This document shows positions 35,922-55,249 of a DNA stretch of 64,000 nucleotides, one piece after another. The translations under genes were made by a program, and so were the position numbers. Source of the stretch: Fimicolochytrium jonesii. Its lineage: Eukaryota. Each line of letters opens with the position of its first letter. Position 1 is the stretch's first letter. The notes beneath the pieces are model-generated. The model did no database searches. It had not been told where the DNA came from and was given only the letters and a program-made list of their open reading frames with translations. The stretch lies in NCBI RefSeq assembly GCF_025526975.1, contig NW_026515672.1, positions 744,001 through 808,000 on the forward strand, read 5' to 3'.

Positions 35922-37063
35922 ATGTTTGTCCCTCAAAACCGTGTATCGGCGTTGGTGTCCCTGCACAAGCGCGCGCTAGTTATCTTCTTCGGCATCGCCT
36001 TCCTCGTTACTCTGACGCTTACGGCAACATTCGCCAGTTCGTCCTTTCTCAATGGGTCGTCCCATTTGCTACGCCGGAATCCGCACAGTCTTGGTGCGCA
36101 CCACTTGAACTGTACGTTCGATTATCGTGGCCCGCTGTTCATTGACGACCTGGGCTGCTTTGCGGAGAGCATCCCGTATGCCTCGCCGGTGTACTTTACG
36201 GAAGTGGAGAACGGGGTCCACGATCTTTCTGGGATTCGCATACCGGGAGGGAAGCCGCCGTAAGTCAGTCTCGTTTGACATCATTATCTCCCTGCCGGCG
36301 TCAATACTCATATCGGTCTCCAACCTTTTCGCTATGCAGGATACCGATTTTTATCACCTTCAAAGATCGAATCACCTATCTGGTGGAGACGATCAGAGCA
36401 CTTCATCGCAATATCCGCACGCCTTTCGAAATCGTCATCATCGATGACACTTCCACATTTCCCGCTGCAGTTCAATTCGTGGAGAGACTTGTGGACTCCA
36501 AGGTCACTGTCCTGCGCGTGCCTCAATATGAAAGCGGAAAGTTCGACAGTCTTTATGCTGTGATCGCCCGGATGATTACGGAGTATATGAAAGAGCGATC
36601 GAAAGCAGACTACTTTGTATGGACAGACCCTGATGTGCCGCTCGACAGCGCTCCAGGGGACATCCTGGAGGTGTATGCGGCGGCGCTGGAGGGTCTCGAA
36701 GCGCACAATGTGGGGGCGGCGATCCGGAATGACAACTGGACCGAAGATATGCGTGACAATAAACACGGGAACGAGCAGGATTTCATCAAGCTACCCGCAT
36801 CCTGCTTCGTGTACCGCGAGATATGTTACTATTACATACACGCATCGATTGACACGACGTTTGCCATGTACAGGAGAAATACCGTTCTCCAGCGGCTGGT
36901 GGGCCCAACGGCTCGGATGCTCTCGCCTCTGGCAGTTCACCATCTTGACTACCTTATCGACAAGACGAAAATCCCTGAAGACGTCAAGTACTATGTGAAG
37001 AGGACGAAGGGCGATATCACCCATTCGTGGTTCAAAGACCATGTTGAGAAGTCACCGAGTTGA
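35922..37063 (+). CDS. Type II membrane GT-A (GT2-like) glycosyltransferase, 2 exons
   Basis: N-terminal TM anchor, then IPIFITFKDRITYL...EIVIIDDTST, DxD motif WTDPDV and ASIDTTFAMY. Confidence 0.8.
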
Positions 37064-37628
37064 GACTAGCAGGATATCAACGGAGGAGGAAGGGGAGTAG
37101 AGCGCACAAGAGTAGGTATAGAATCGTTAGACGAGGGTGTTCTATATGTTTTAAATCCCAATAGACACAGTACATGAGATACCCTCAGGGAGTTAGGTAG
37201 TTTTAATTGCTGTTGAATGCACGTGACCGGAGAGGTGGAGCACATTTCGCGCCTTGTCAAACTGCCGTCCAACTTTCTGAGAACCAGCCAGTTCGTAGCT
37301 CGATTACAGCAAGCATCCCAGGTAAGCACCCGCACGCACAGCAACTTGGGGGAACACAGCGTCGAGGACGAGAGTGGTATACGGGTATGACGACAAGAAT
37401 TCTTTCCCCGTCTTACCGACCGTGGTGAAAACGCCGCCTCGCTTTACGGAGTGGGGTTCACTCTAGCCAGTGCCTTTTTTGACCCCTCAACTCGAGTTCT
37501 TGTCAACCTCGACGTTGCTGGTGCCATATTCGTTTTCATCCGCTTTGAGAGACTTCCTGGGTTGCTTACCGTGCCATTGTGTCTTGGGTTTGAGCAGATT
37601 TAGGACGCTGCGCTTGTGTCCTGTCAAA

Positions 37629-38021
37629 ATGATCATTCCCGTACGGTGCTTCAGGTGGGTGGCGGCGGCCTGCGATACTGCATAGTTCTAGGCCCTTACT
37701 TCTGGAGAGCGACGATAGAACAGTGACGCGGGCGTTAATTGAACTGCTTCATTATCCATTAGTTGCGGGAAGGTGGTGGGCGACAAGTGGGAAAAGTACC
37801 TGGCTCTGCTGCAGGCAGATTACACAGAAGCAGACGCCATGACGAACCTGGGACTGAAGAGATATTGCTGCCGGAGGATGGTGCTCACCCACGTCGATTT
37901 GATCGAGAAGCTTCTCCAGTATGTACCCATCTCGAGGGAGATCTCCGTAGGAAATTGAGTCCGCTGAATCTAACGTTGTACCACCTTTTCTAGCTTCGGC
38001 CAGAACGTGAAACGCAACTGA
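37629..38021 (+). CDS. RPB10: RNA polymerases I/II/III shared subunit RPABC5 (3 exons)
   Basis: Spliced [69 protein letters not shown]. Confidence 0.97.
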
Positions 38022-38217
38022 GCTGCTTTCCCTTCGCCCGCTTTTTGACTCGCAACGCGGCCCATTCATGCAAGCGTCACAAATTTGCCGCAGCCGCAAT
38101 GCTCTTCAAATGCTGGTCATCATATTATGTACATAGTTTCTTATCATTATTGTCAATCCCGAATGACGGCCACACAATCCTTCCCCTTAGCGTTAAAGTA
38201 ACGCTTTGTGTTGGCAG

Positions 38218-39905
38218 TCACAAGTTCAGCAACATGGTCGATGTGAATGATTGGAATTGCTGTTCCAGGGCTTGAACTCTGCTGGTGAGCTCGTCTAATC
38301 GCTGCTGGATGCGCTGGTCAATATCGGATTCCGTCTCCGCAGGGTCGTCCACATGCAGGGAGGCTGAAGCCATGCTCCTCTGGGCCGGAGCTAGAGCCCC
38401 TGGTTTGGAGTGACGGGAAGATCCGACTGTGTCGTTCCTCAATTCCATAGCAGGTGTTCCCTCGAGCTCCCGGCTGGTCATCGGCTCGTCAGCGACGTTC
38501 GGCAACTGGTCATGTGGATGATGTTGAGGAACCACATGTATGGGGAATTGTTCGCACTGTGACTCGCTCTTCGTACTCATGGGATCGTGCAAGACAGAGA
38601 AGCTTAGGTGGTTATCGGTAGAACTCGGTCGATAGTATCCCATCGGATCTGACTGCGCTACATGTCTGGTCAGCCACTTGTGCCTGAGAATGGTGGTTCC
38701 CCCTCCTGATGCATGGACATTCGCTTACACTGTGACTCTCAAGGAAGTGGGTTTCGCGCGTGCCGGCTTGTTCCACTTTTGGCTCCGAACTGTCGCCTTC
38801 TGGAATCCCATATCTGTCGCCAAGAGGATCAGGAGATCAGCTCATCGACCAGCTGCCACAGTTACTGTCCTTTCTCTCTGTCTCACCGTTGCCGTAAAGT
38901 TTTGAGGAAACATTCGGTTCCATCCTCATCGGGAGTTGGCGAGCGAGCATGCTCAGCTGCTTCGAATAATTGCAGCTTCGAAGGCGGGTCAACACTCGGC
39001 TGAGATGGTGCCGGGGAATCTGTGTCCAGTCCATATCTACATTAAGCATCAGCGTTTCTGTCCCCATATCACCGCACATCATGTCCGTAATACCTCTTTC
39101 GCAAACTCGACAGAAATGTTTCTGTGTCCGTGACGTCCTCCGCCTTCGACTCCCGAGGGCGATCGGATGCTTGACGTCTATCATCCCTTGGGTCTCTGCT
39201 CGAGTTGATATTCCACGCGTCTTCGAAGACATCGCCTGCTTCTCTCTTCCAACGGGCCTTCAAGATATGTTCAACCCGATTCTCCAACGCACTCAAAGCC
39301 TCCCGCTCCTTCATGGCACTCAGATACTTCGCCTTCAGCGCCGCGATATCCCGGTCGTGCTGTGAGGTGCGCTGGTCGTGCCCCTCCAAACCAAAGTGTG
39401 GTGGCTTCGGCACCACTTTTCGGTTTGTATGCCGTCGAGGGGACTCCGGTGATGCGCTCCTTGTGCAGATTTCCCTAGGCCAAGATGATGATGCAGAGGA
39501 GGACGGCGGAGAGGAAGAAGACGTGGTGGTGAAGTTATCTGTGTAGTCTCTCATAGACACCTCTGTTCTGCGTCGCGGTGAGTGCCGTTTCTGCTCCGGA
39601 GACGCACGTGTTTTGTGATGTGACTTTCGAACAGAGGACTCCAAACCGACTTTTCCAGGCCGTTGAATCTCAACAGTGTATTTCGCCGTCCCTATCGGCA
39701 CTGGAAGTCGGGATGTAAATGATCTTGGTGGTCGTGTGAGGGTTGCCGCGGCGTTTTGGCGTGGCTGGCCATCTTGGTATGCGAAGTTCTTCTGAGGAGC
39801 ATTTTCCCGTTGAGCAGCGCTCGTACTGCTTCCAGACGCTTGGGTCGGCTGTTTGCTATCCTTCTTTCGCCGTAAATATAGACTTCCCTTCGCTCGGACA
39901 GCCAT
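38218..39905 (-). CDS. Hypothetical disordered/coiled-coil protein (multi-exon; 3' structure uncertain)
   Basis: ORFs 39953-39069 and 38643-38218, with an intervening exon that splices in frame to the first. Short coiled coils at ALSALENRVEHIL and RLDELTSRVQALEQQF. Confidence 0.5.
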
Positions 39906-40093
39906 GATGTTTTGTCTGGCAAGTTCAACAGGCGACGAGTCTGGAAAACTCACCAGTGCGCACTAGTATAACGTTTTGCGCAGTCGCGTCGCCGACCTTC
40001 CCAAGAGTCCCAAGCAGCTTTCCTGGCAGCTGCTCAACACCATGCCCCTTGTTCTTTCGCTCTCCGCACGTACCCTCTCAAAACCATAGCAAG

Positions 40094-40664
40094 ATGCAAG
40101 ACAAAATGGTGAGTGACAGGATAGGCCGCTTGTGCATGGGCAACACTCTGCTTGGGCAGGCACGTCTGACTTTGTCGTCCTAAAAACCTAACCGTCTCCA
40201 AAACACTTCAGGACTTTGTCGGGCAGGGACTCGCTGCGAATTTCCTCCACTCGCTACTTATCGTCTCGGGCGTTCTCGCCGTTGTGGCCGGCTTTGTTCT
40301 GCAGGACCTGTTTGTGACGGCTGCCATCTTGGTTGCCGGTACACTTATCACAGCGTTGGTAGGTGACCCTCTGGAGGATCGGGCTTTGGTTGTGCGTGAT
40401 CTCTGTGGGGCGTGGCTTGGAATACAACGGAAGGAAACGGAAAGGGAGATAGCGAGGAAGCCCGCCTCGAGAATCGAACCATCTCGTCGCGAAACTAATG
40501 ATATCTCCCACAAAACTCAGGTCACCGTCCCATCTTGGCCAATGTACTGCCGCCATCCCGTCACGTTTCTTCCCAAAGTCACACTCCACGAACCAGCAGA
40601 AAGCGAAATTGAGGAGGTGGCTGAGAAAACGATATGGAGTAGGATTCTGGGGCTGTTGGTGTAA
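40094..40664 (+). CDS. SPC1: Signal peptidase complex subunit 1 (SPC12/SPCS1), 3 exons
   Basis: Exons 40094-40108, 40212-40338 and 40521-40664 give MQDKMDFVGQGLA...two TM helices...VTVPSWPMYCRHPVTFLP. This matches the family motifs DF.GQ.LA and V..P.WP.Y.R.P..(W/F)L. Confidence 0.88.
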
Positions 40665-41187
40665 GAGCTCGGGGCGTGTCCTGAGGACCACCACGCGTGG
40701 AAGGCTGATCCTGAAAATGGAGGAGAGGAGGAACGAGTGATTCGATGCGTGCCCGCTTGGCGAATCAGAAGGAGGTGGAATTGAGGAGATCGTGTCCGAA
40801 TGACAGCTACGCAGTGCATCAGGGAATCAGTCACTCGCATTAGGTCCTTCACCGCGTGAGCGGCAAAGTGCCAGAAAGTAGTCACGAGCGAGCCAGGCCG
40901 GCGACAGCGACAGCGACAAGCGCTCCGGGCAGCAGATGTGTGCATGAACTATCTTGTCTGCTCCACCGTGTCGACAAACAGAACAAGTGATCGCACATGG
41001 GGATTGTACATAACAACTACGCTTTTGCCAAAATGTGAATATATTCAATGTAACCCGGCAGGCATGCAAATTAGTGATCCAAAAATGCCGAGAAATCGGC
41101 TGGTATAGATGCCAAGAAGGAGATGTACATGTACAAGGCGGGTGGTGTGTGGATCGCGGAGATCCCGTCAGCTTTCTGTCCATTTCG

Positions 41188-47330
<6,143 letters not shown>

Positions 47331-48447
47331 GTTTGAGTTTTGAAAAGTTCGTCCAGCCGTGGAGATGTCCTCGACCCTCTGTTGGCTATGTGAGGAGATT
47401 GGCCGGCAGTCCTATGCGTTATTCCCACGTCCAAGTGGAGGTAAGTCGCGTGGGATTGGAGTTGAGCCCAAGACGCTGCTGCTGTGGGGATGAGGGTGTG
47501 GGAAATGTCACCTCGTTGGCAGTTCCCCGTTGGGGGGGGAGTGGGGGTAGGAGGTTAGGAGGGGGACGGGGACGGGGAGTTGGGGAAGCTGCGGGGGTGA
47601 CAGCCTGTCCGTCTTGTTGTTCGTTTCGTTGCCCGTGCTATCGCCACCGGGGGCAGCCAAGGCCCTTTGGCTGAGGTCACCGGTAATAGCTATCATGGTT
47701 GCCTGCCGTGCTGACCGGCGTGTAATATGGCTTTCGCATTTTACCCACGCCTTAGCCTTTGATGGAAGCCCCTCGCGTTTCCTTCGCCCCGCATGATTGG
47801 AGCCTCTCATCAATTGTTCCCCGGCGGTTCGGTTGTTGCTTGATGCCCAGTATGGCCTGTTTAGAGTTGCTGCAAACTTGCGGGACATGTCGGATATTCC
47901 CTTATTTGCGAGTCCGACGAATATGGCCTGCGCTTTGTGGAGATGATATCCGGCGCATATTGCGCACACGGCATTGTTCCCTGCTCATCAGTTCGGAGCC
48001 AAAGCTAAGCGAGAAGATAACGTCCATTAACTTCCAAAATTCTTGTGTAACGTCCCTGCCAAAACCTCACATTTGGCCGATCGGACCCGAATCTGCGGTA
48101 CACTGGCCCGCTGGTTTTTGCGCAGCAGCCGGACGCGCCTTTGACGTCGATGGGATTCGCTCCTTAACGAAGCAGAAGACCATTTGCAAATACCGTTGTC
48201 GCAATATTGTTCGTCTGCAACGACGGGCGTTCGCGAGATTTACCGCTCGGACCTCGTAGTGGAGCATTCGTCTTTCTTTTCCATGCTACGGGAAGAACAG
48301 CGCGAATTGGCGTGCTTACAAGAGCGCTGGAGGCCAATGCTGATTTAGAAGTCCGCGCCTATGTATGTACGATGCATTACGAGACGCACTAAAGACTTCT
48401 AACGCTACACGTTATATACAAATTATCGGGTATGGGAACCGAAGGTG

Positions 48448-49659
48448 TCATGAGGCCACATCTACCGCGAGGGTGAGGGGCGTAAGGGATGAAGCTGGTG
48501 CGAGGCGATCGCTACTGCTTTGGGGTATCGTCTCTCGGGATATGACACCGTCGCTTTCGTCCTGCCCCTCTCCCTGACCAGCAGCACCATCTCCAACCGT
48601 GCCAAGATCAACTGCCCTGTCCTTCTCTCTCTCTCTCTGCCTCTCCCTCTCCTTCATCCTCGCCCATGCGCGCTTATTAGCCGCCATGCCCTCAATCTCT
48701 GGCCAATCGGGCAACCAATCCTCATCAAAATCGACCCTAGTCGGATCGAACAGCTCAATGAACTGCTGATCCATTGATCGCGATTTGGGGTGCGAGAAGC
48801 GTCGGTACTCGTCAAAGATTGACGTGTGGGACCAGTGCTGGATCTTGCGCAACGTGCCCACCAGGCAACCCGTGCGATGCTTGCCTTTATTGCAATGAAT
48901 CAGAATTGGGTGGTTCCGGCAGTCTAGCAATACGGACAGCGCGGCGCAGATGGTGTCTTCCGGGATGTCCACGAACGGCTCTTTGTTTCCCGCAACCCCA
49001 AATTGGAAGAGACGGATGTTGTGCTCCTCCATGAACCGTTTGTTTTGGTCGGGATAGTCTTCCAGGATCAGGGTCAGTATGCTCCGCAAACCGAGCTTTT
49101 TCAGGAATGCGAAATTGCGCTTTTTGGGAAATGCACTGCGGTACACCCCCTTCACGACCATATTGAAGTTTTCCGTCGGATTCAGGTCCTCCTCCCCATC
49201 TTCCGGCCTCGCCATGTTGTTGTTGTTACTGGTGGGCAAGGTTTCAAATGTGGTCGGCGTGCTATCCGTCCCAAAGCCCAACTTTGTGGTCCCATTGGCA
49301 GATACTTGGGCTGCAACGGGCCCGGAATTGGCCGTATTGTGAGCGCCGCCGGTTGAGGCGGAGCTGGGCCGACCGGAGCTGCTCGGCGTCCCGGCATAAG
49401 GAAGTCCTGGTGTCGGTAATTGTGCGGAGGTGAAGGCGGTTGTAACGAGTGGAGAGTCTGTTGGGCGAGGGAAATGAGTGTTTATGCGGGATGGGAGGGA
49501 AGACGTTGGAGGGTACGAAGGTAGCGAAGAAGATAAGGCTGTTGTTGTTGGAGGTGGTGGTGGTATTGCGACGGCCTGCGTTTGGAATTGTTGTGAGGGG
49601 GTGTTCAGTGAGGGCGAGGAAGTCGTTGTATGCCCTTGTGCACTCGAAGGGCGGGACAT
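48448..49659 (-). CDS. SIW14: PFA-DSP family phosphatase (inositol pyrophosphate phosphatase Siw14-like), intronless
   Basis: PTENFNMVVKGVYRSAFP, catalytic HCNKGKHRTGCLVG and FDEYRRFSHPKSRSMDQQFIELF. Confidence 0.92.
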   Translation of the reverse strand: MSRPSSAQGHTTTSSPSLNTPSQQFQTQAVAIPPPPPTTTALSSSLPSYPPTSSLPSRINTHFPRPTDSPLVTTAFTSAQLPTPGLPYAGTPSSSGRPSSASTGGAHNTANSGPVAAQVSANGTTKLGFGTDSTPTTFETLPTSNNNNMARPEDGEEDLNPTENFNMVVKGVYRSAFPKKRNFAFLKKLGLRSILTLILEDYPDQNKRFMEEHNIRLFQFGVAGNKEPFVDIPEDTICAALSVLLDCRNHPILIHCNKGKHRTGCLVGTLRKIQHWSHTSIFDEYRRFSHPKSRSMDQQFIELFDPTRVDFDEDWLPDWPEIEGMAANKRAWARMKERERQREREKDRAVDLGTVGDGAAGQGEGQDESDGVISRETIPQSSSDRLAPASSLTPLTLAVDVAS

Positions 49660-49884
49660 GGCTGTCGGGTGGGGTAAGTGATACCCAGACGACCGTGGAG
49701 GAGGAGTAACGTCCGTCGAGGAAGGGGCAAAAGACGGTCTAGTAACGGTCCCACGAGAATGTGAGTATGCCGAGAGGTGGGCCGGTTTGGTGATGCGATG
49801 ATGTGACGCCGTCCTGAGTGAGGTGCGTTGAAAAGTTTGGCGTGGGGAATTTAACAAAACGGTCAAGCGTTGCCGAAAAACTAA

Positions 49885-52800
49885 ATGTCTCCAATGCCAG
49901 CAGTCATTCGACCGGAACGCAGGCTTTCACCCAGCAGATCACCGGACGACCAGATTCCCACGCATTCCCTGTGGCATACAAACCACTCACAACTCATCGC
50001 TGCGCTCGTCCAAGATGCCGTCTCGTCTACGCGTGAACCCACCTCTCATCTTTCTCGGCTCCCTTCGGCGCTCTCACAAATACTGCCATACGTACTGGAA
50101 CAATTCCCACCGCGAGACGTGCCTGCTAGCAGGGACGTCAAGGGTCGGAATGGGGATGTGACGAGATGCACCAGACTTGAGATCGCGAGGGCCTTACTGT
50201 TGGGGATGAATTTTGGGCTGATTGTGAGGGACGCCAGGAGAGGCAACAAGAGGAAAGGAAGGACAAAGGACGGTTGGGAAGACGAGGCTGGATGGATGAG
50301 AACGATGGTGCTGGTGCTAGCTGCGTTTGGACATGTGTGTACGGAGGCCAGCAGGTGAGTTATGCCTCACTCTCAAATCTAGACTTCACATGAATAATGC
50401 TCATACGTTTTCAATCCCTCAGCAAGACGTTACAAGCGATATTCAAGGAAGACTTTGATTTGGACGGTGCAACGGGGGTTCTAAAGGGCTCGGCAGCTGT
50501 CTCCACGATATGTCACATTGTGGTTCGATCTATCATCATCGTGATGGAGACGGTAGTCTCCTCCTTATCGCCATCGTTTGCTGAATGGCCGCAGAATATT
50601 CTGAGGAAGATTCTCCTGGCGATAGTCACTAGCGACCAACCGTGTTCGGAGTCATCGTCGGTGTCCCTGCAGATATTGGAGGAGTTCACGTCTGTTCTGC
50701 TCAAAGCATTGCGATACTCGGAGCAGGGATCGAGTAGGTATCCTTGCCACAGTGGCCGCCTTTGGTTTCACATTGGGAGGCCGCGTGTACTCATACGCAG
50801 CAGCACAGGGGTCTTCGCCGCTACATCTGAGCCTATATGGGGAAATTCTTCACGTCATACCTCTGGCGTCGCGATCAAATCCCTCCGAACAGAAGAAGCT
50901 GCGGTTCTTGTCGGACCCTTTGCTGCTTATACGATACTGCATTATGCCAATGGTGCGGGCATCCGTATGGGATGAACGCTTTAGACCCCGATGCGCTGTG
51001 GCCCTCCGGAAAGCCTCCGCCTTGCTGTTGGCTGATGCGAAACAGAAAGACTTTCGAGTTCCCGAAGCATCTCATCACTCGCAAGCTACATCTTTCGTAG
51101 TAGATGGCGTAGTGGAAGTATTATCAATTTTTATGAGCGCGTTGGGAAGCCCGGCACGGAAAGGCACAGAGCCTCCGGCGCATGCGATGCGGCCGCTCAT
51201 CGTTTCAGATGGCTTTGTCAGGAAGTTGTCCGAATGGATGCGAAGTGCGCGGAATCCTCGATTGGTTCAATTACTGCTGATGCCAATATTGGAGCAGTTG
51301 GCTGGAATCGAAGGGAATTGGGACCATTGCGGACAGCTCATCGATATCATTGTTCAACTGGACGCCACCTTCTCAGGTCGGTGCATTCACTCGAAGAACC
51401 GAACACCGACTACTGCTGACACTCGTTCCCGTTGCATCCGCAGCTGATCAGTCGGCGGATCCCCTTGCGAAGTACGTTCTGAAGTGGCTGATGGGAACAG
51501 CGTGTGTCCGTGCAGATTTGTTGCACGTGGATGCTGCCCTCGAATCTCCGTCGAAAGACCATCATGGTCGTAGACAAAAGATCGGGAAGCTCCCAAACGC
51601 TCAAAGCGAATCGATGTTGCGCGTTTTCTGCATACGATATCTCGGAACGATTCGAAGGCCATATGAACAGGTACACTGCTTGCACTACACTCATCAACCA
51701 CACTTGTACGTATGTCCTACTGTGCTGATTGCGTTGCAGGGACGACAAATCACATGCTGTTTACTATCCTTATTCAACGATAACTCGCATTTCATTCGGA
51801 CCGCTGTGGCTGTTGCAATAAGCTTCCGATGCCTGAACGATTCTCCGACTGCGTCTCTTCAAGACTCTCCACATCATCAACCCAATGGAACATGTATTGG
51901 GGCACCCCATACCTCGAGAAATCCATACTTGTTTCTACTGAAGTGTGCAAAAGAGGCGTGCTCGTCATCCTCATCATCGTTCCAGCTTTCGACTGAAGGC
52001 GATACTTTCGAGTTGTGGGCAATATCGTTGACTGAGCACATATTCCGAAAGTGCCCTCTTTTGCCAGAGCGACCAGATATGCTCAATGCAGCTCTATTGG
52101 AGATGAAAAGGATGCTCAATGTCTCTGGAGAGCATTTGGAGGAGAGTAATGATACGATGACAGAGTTGACTGCTCGCATTCTTGGGGCAATTTTAAGCAT
52201 CTGGTTTCCGGAGGGCAGGCCTGAGCGTACGTCCATTATCGCAAGGCATGCGCAAGACGAGGTGCTTGGCGTGGTGGATGCAGCGATACCATTTTTGAAA
52301 GTCGTCCGCAAAGATAGCAGGAAACATATTAGACTTCGATGCCTGGAGATATGCAGGCGGATTCTTCGAGGTACGCAGCACCTTACATGCGTCCACTCTG
52401 ACCAACGAATCCTCAACCTTTCCCTTTACAGATATTTCAGATCTCCCCCGCATCGATGCCATTAGGACGATTGTTAAAGGTTCCTCTGCCGACCAACATG
52501 ATAATGATATACAAACCCGGCTCTTCCGCGATGCAATCCTAGCCAGTCGAGCTACGGAACTCAAAATGCATGATTCGACAGACGTGCCACCGGATAATGG
52601 TCCATCCCAGCAAGCAACCACGAAACAGAGCCATATTCAGGCAGCAGCAGGTGCACATGCGTCGAAACAAAAAGTCCATGTGAACCGTCATCCACAGGAT
52701 TCCTTAAATGGATCCACCTCATCGACCGGAAGCCGGGAGCATGGTCGCCCGTCCGGTAACGGTAAGGGTCGAAGAGAAGACTCGTCCAATGGATCAGATG

Positions 52801-54812
52801 AGAAAAAGCTAGTGAACGACTTTTATGGACGCCTGCGGGAGTACGTTGAGGGCGATGTTATTCACCCCTCGCGGCCTTCAAGCCAGAAAGTCAAGTCCGA
52901 AGAACCGCAGGCACTCACTGAGGATGAAGCAGGAGTTCCTCGCTTACACCCAATGGCGCGCGCTACACAACTCCGCGAAGAAGCCCCGCCACACTCAAAA
53001 CATGCTAAAGTCCCGTCTCGAATCACCTCGAAACACTCAAAGAAGGGTCAGAATGACAATAAACCCAACCCAGCATACTCAAACCTTCCGCTGGATTCCA
53101 TAGATGCCCTTGCGGCAGAGCACATCCACCAATTGGACTCACATGTGCCAAAGAAACCCTTGGATGCGACCTTGGATGAGGATCCTCTCATGCACTTGAG
53201 CGAGATCATGACCAGTGATGAGGATAGCGGGGAACAGGTTGCACCGGGACACTTCTTTCTCGGACGGCGTGGTAGTAGCAAAATCATCGCGGGTCCCGAA
53301 GCCGAAGTCACACCGACAGATTCTGGTGAGAAGAAAAGAAAAACGCATTCGAACGAGGAAGGCTCAAGCATACGAGCTTCCCGTAGTCGTCGAAGCGAGG
53401 ATATTGCCGCGAAGAAAACCCCGAGTTCTGCCAGGGTTGCCGTCGGACCTCCGTCGAACATCACCCGCGAACGACTGGGCAGTGACAAGTCTCGACAAAC
53501 GCAGCCGTTATCAAAAGGTAGTGGCGTCAAGCAACAAACGGACGTTAGAAAACAGAAACGAGGTAGCAAAGCAGCGCAGGATCTGAAGATGGCATTGCTC
53601 AGTCAGCCTCGGAAGAAGTCATTGCTCGAGAACCCTGCACGGAGGCTGAGCACAGAACGACGAGGGGAAGCGGCATTAGCAAACGGCACAGTTGCCCAAA
53701 AGAAGGGCGAGCTTGTTGTGAGCTCGGTCAGAAGAGCTGATGTCCCCATCCTCGCAGCGAAGAAGCTGGCTCAGAGCGCTCAAGACGAGCCTGAAAAACC
53801 AGGCGGAACCGCCAGTGCCACGGATTCTCTTTCCCCACTCTCCTATGAGGATGACGGTGAACCATTGGACGAACACGCTTTTGAGCAGGAGGTTTCAGAG
53901 GACAATATACAACAAGAGGAGTTTGAAAGCGTAGTCCAGAAGGAAAGCACCGCGCACAAAGGACAAGAAAAGGAATTGGGATATCCGGCAGACTCAACAA
54001 ATCTCCATCAGATTGACAACAAATGGGCTCCCATCCTAAGTCGACATATTTCTCGACCAGTCACTCCGACTGGCAGAGTGCATAGCCCCTTCATCCAACA
54101 GAGTACACCCGATTCTCGCGAAGACGTTTACCCAACCGACGTGACCTCCAAACGGGCTTTGGGACCACAGCTCAGATCAGCACAAACGTCATTCCATTCT
54201 CTCCCAGAGCTACCGTCCCTCACGTCCTCCCCGAACTTCGTCCAAACATACGTCAATTCAACGGTATCTGCTTTCCTCCGCCCCTGCTTCCGCCGAGGCG
54301 TCGAGCGTGTGCTACAGCATCTCGTTTTCGGGCGCCCTGATGCGGAAGCTTACACGTCCGAAGACGATGAAATGACCCATATTCCAAATCGGGCCCCATC
54401 AAAGTATAAGCCTCGCCACAAGAAACCGCTTCACCCGGTCCTACGAGCTATTTTCAATCTTGATCCCACGGTTTTTGTCGACCTGTGTTCTTCTTTGGAT
54501 ATACCTGCAACTACGGGCACCTGGACTCAAGCACTCGATGTCATCCACAGCTGCTTATCTGGCCCCTCCAACATCTTGTGGGACCTTGAAGCCGCGGTTG
54601 GACCGATCGACGTCGCACAAGGGCTCGTGATTTTGAGAGACCAGGTGCTGGTGGGTGCGATGTGTCATAGGAAAGGAATGATGCAGCCTGGAGGGTTAGG
54701 AATGGATCCGAAGCCTCTTGGCGCCTCGAGGAATGGGCTGGCGGGATCTGCTGGGGATCTGTTACTAGCCGACGCGCAGGGATTCTTGAAGTGGGTCCAG
54801 GGCATTGTGTAA
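49885..54812 (+). CDS. Large hypothetical protein: helical (ARM-like) N-terminal half, disordered middle, short helical C-terminal domain
   Basis: Successive plus-strand ORFs (49885, 50397, 50752, 51350, 52566-54812) separated by short GT-AG introns. No motif recognised. Confidence 0.6.
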
Positions 54813-55249
54813 ATGATTGTGTGCATGTTGCTGCTCTCCTTTCGATCTATTCGACGCTCCAGAATACAATTGCATCATTCGTTCTGCTCCTATCTGGCGC
54901 CAGTAGCATTTCCAGAACCTCCTAACGTGGATGCTTGAAGGAGCCTTGTTGTCGCTGTCACTCATCACATGTCATCCGTTTGTCCCTTTGGCCGCTTCTC
55001 CCTTCTCAAATGCGTGCCAGCCTCGTTGCCCACTATATACAATCTGGGACGTATACCACAAAGAGGGGCGAAATTTGGGTGTTCTTTCGCAGGGGCGAAT
55101 ATGACGACTGTTGATTGGCAGCCGGTCAGGCTATGCGTACCTTGAATAGTGCTCAAGATGCGGCACAAGGGAGTCTCGTTTATGACGGCCCCAATGATAT
55201 CCCCAATGCCACATCTGGCACCATTTCCCTCATTCCGACGAGTATGGTA

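Noticed and set aside
35418..35966. N-terminal part of the 341-aa minus-strand ORF
   Set aside because: Open by chance across the promoter; family similarity starts only at ATG 35417.
48620..48655. CT-rich simple repeat
   Set aside because: It encodes the charged KERERQREREK stretch of SIW14 on the minus strand.
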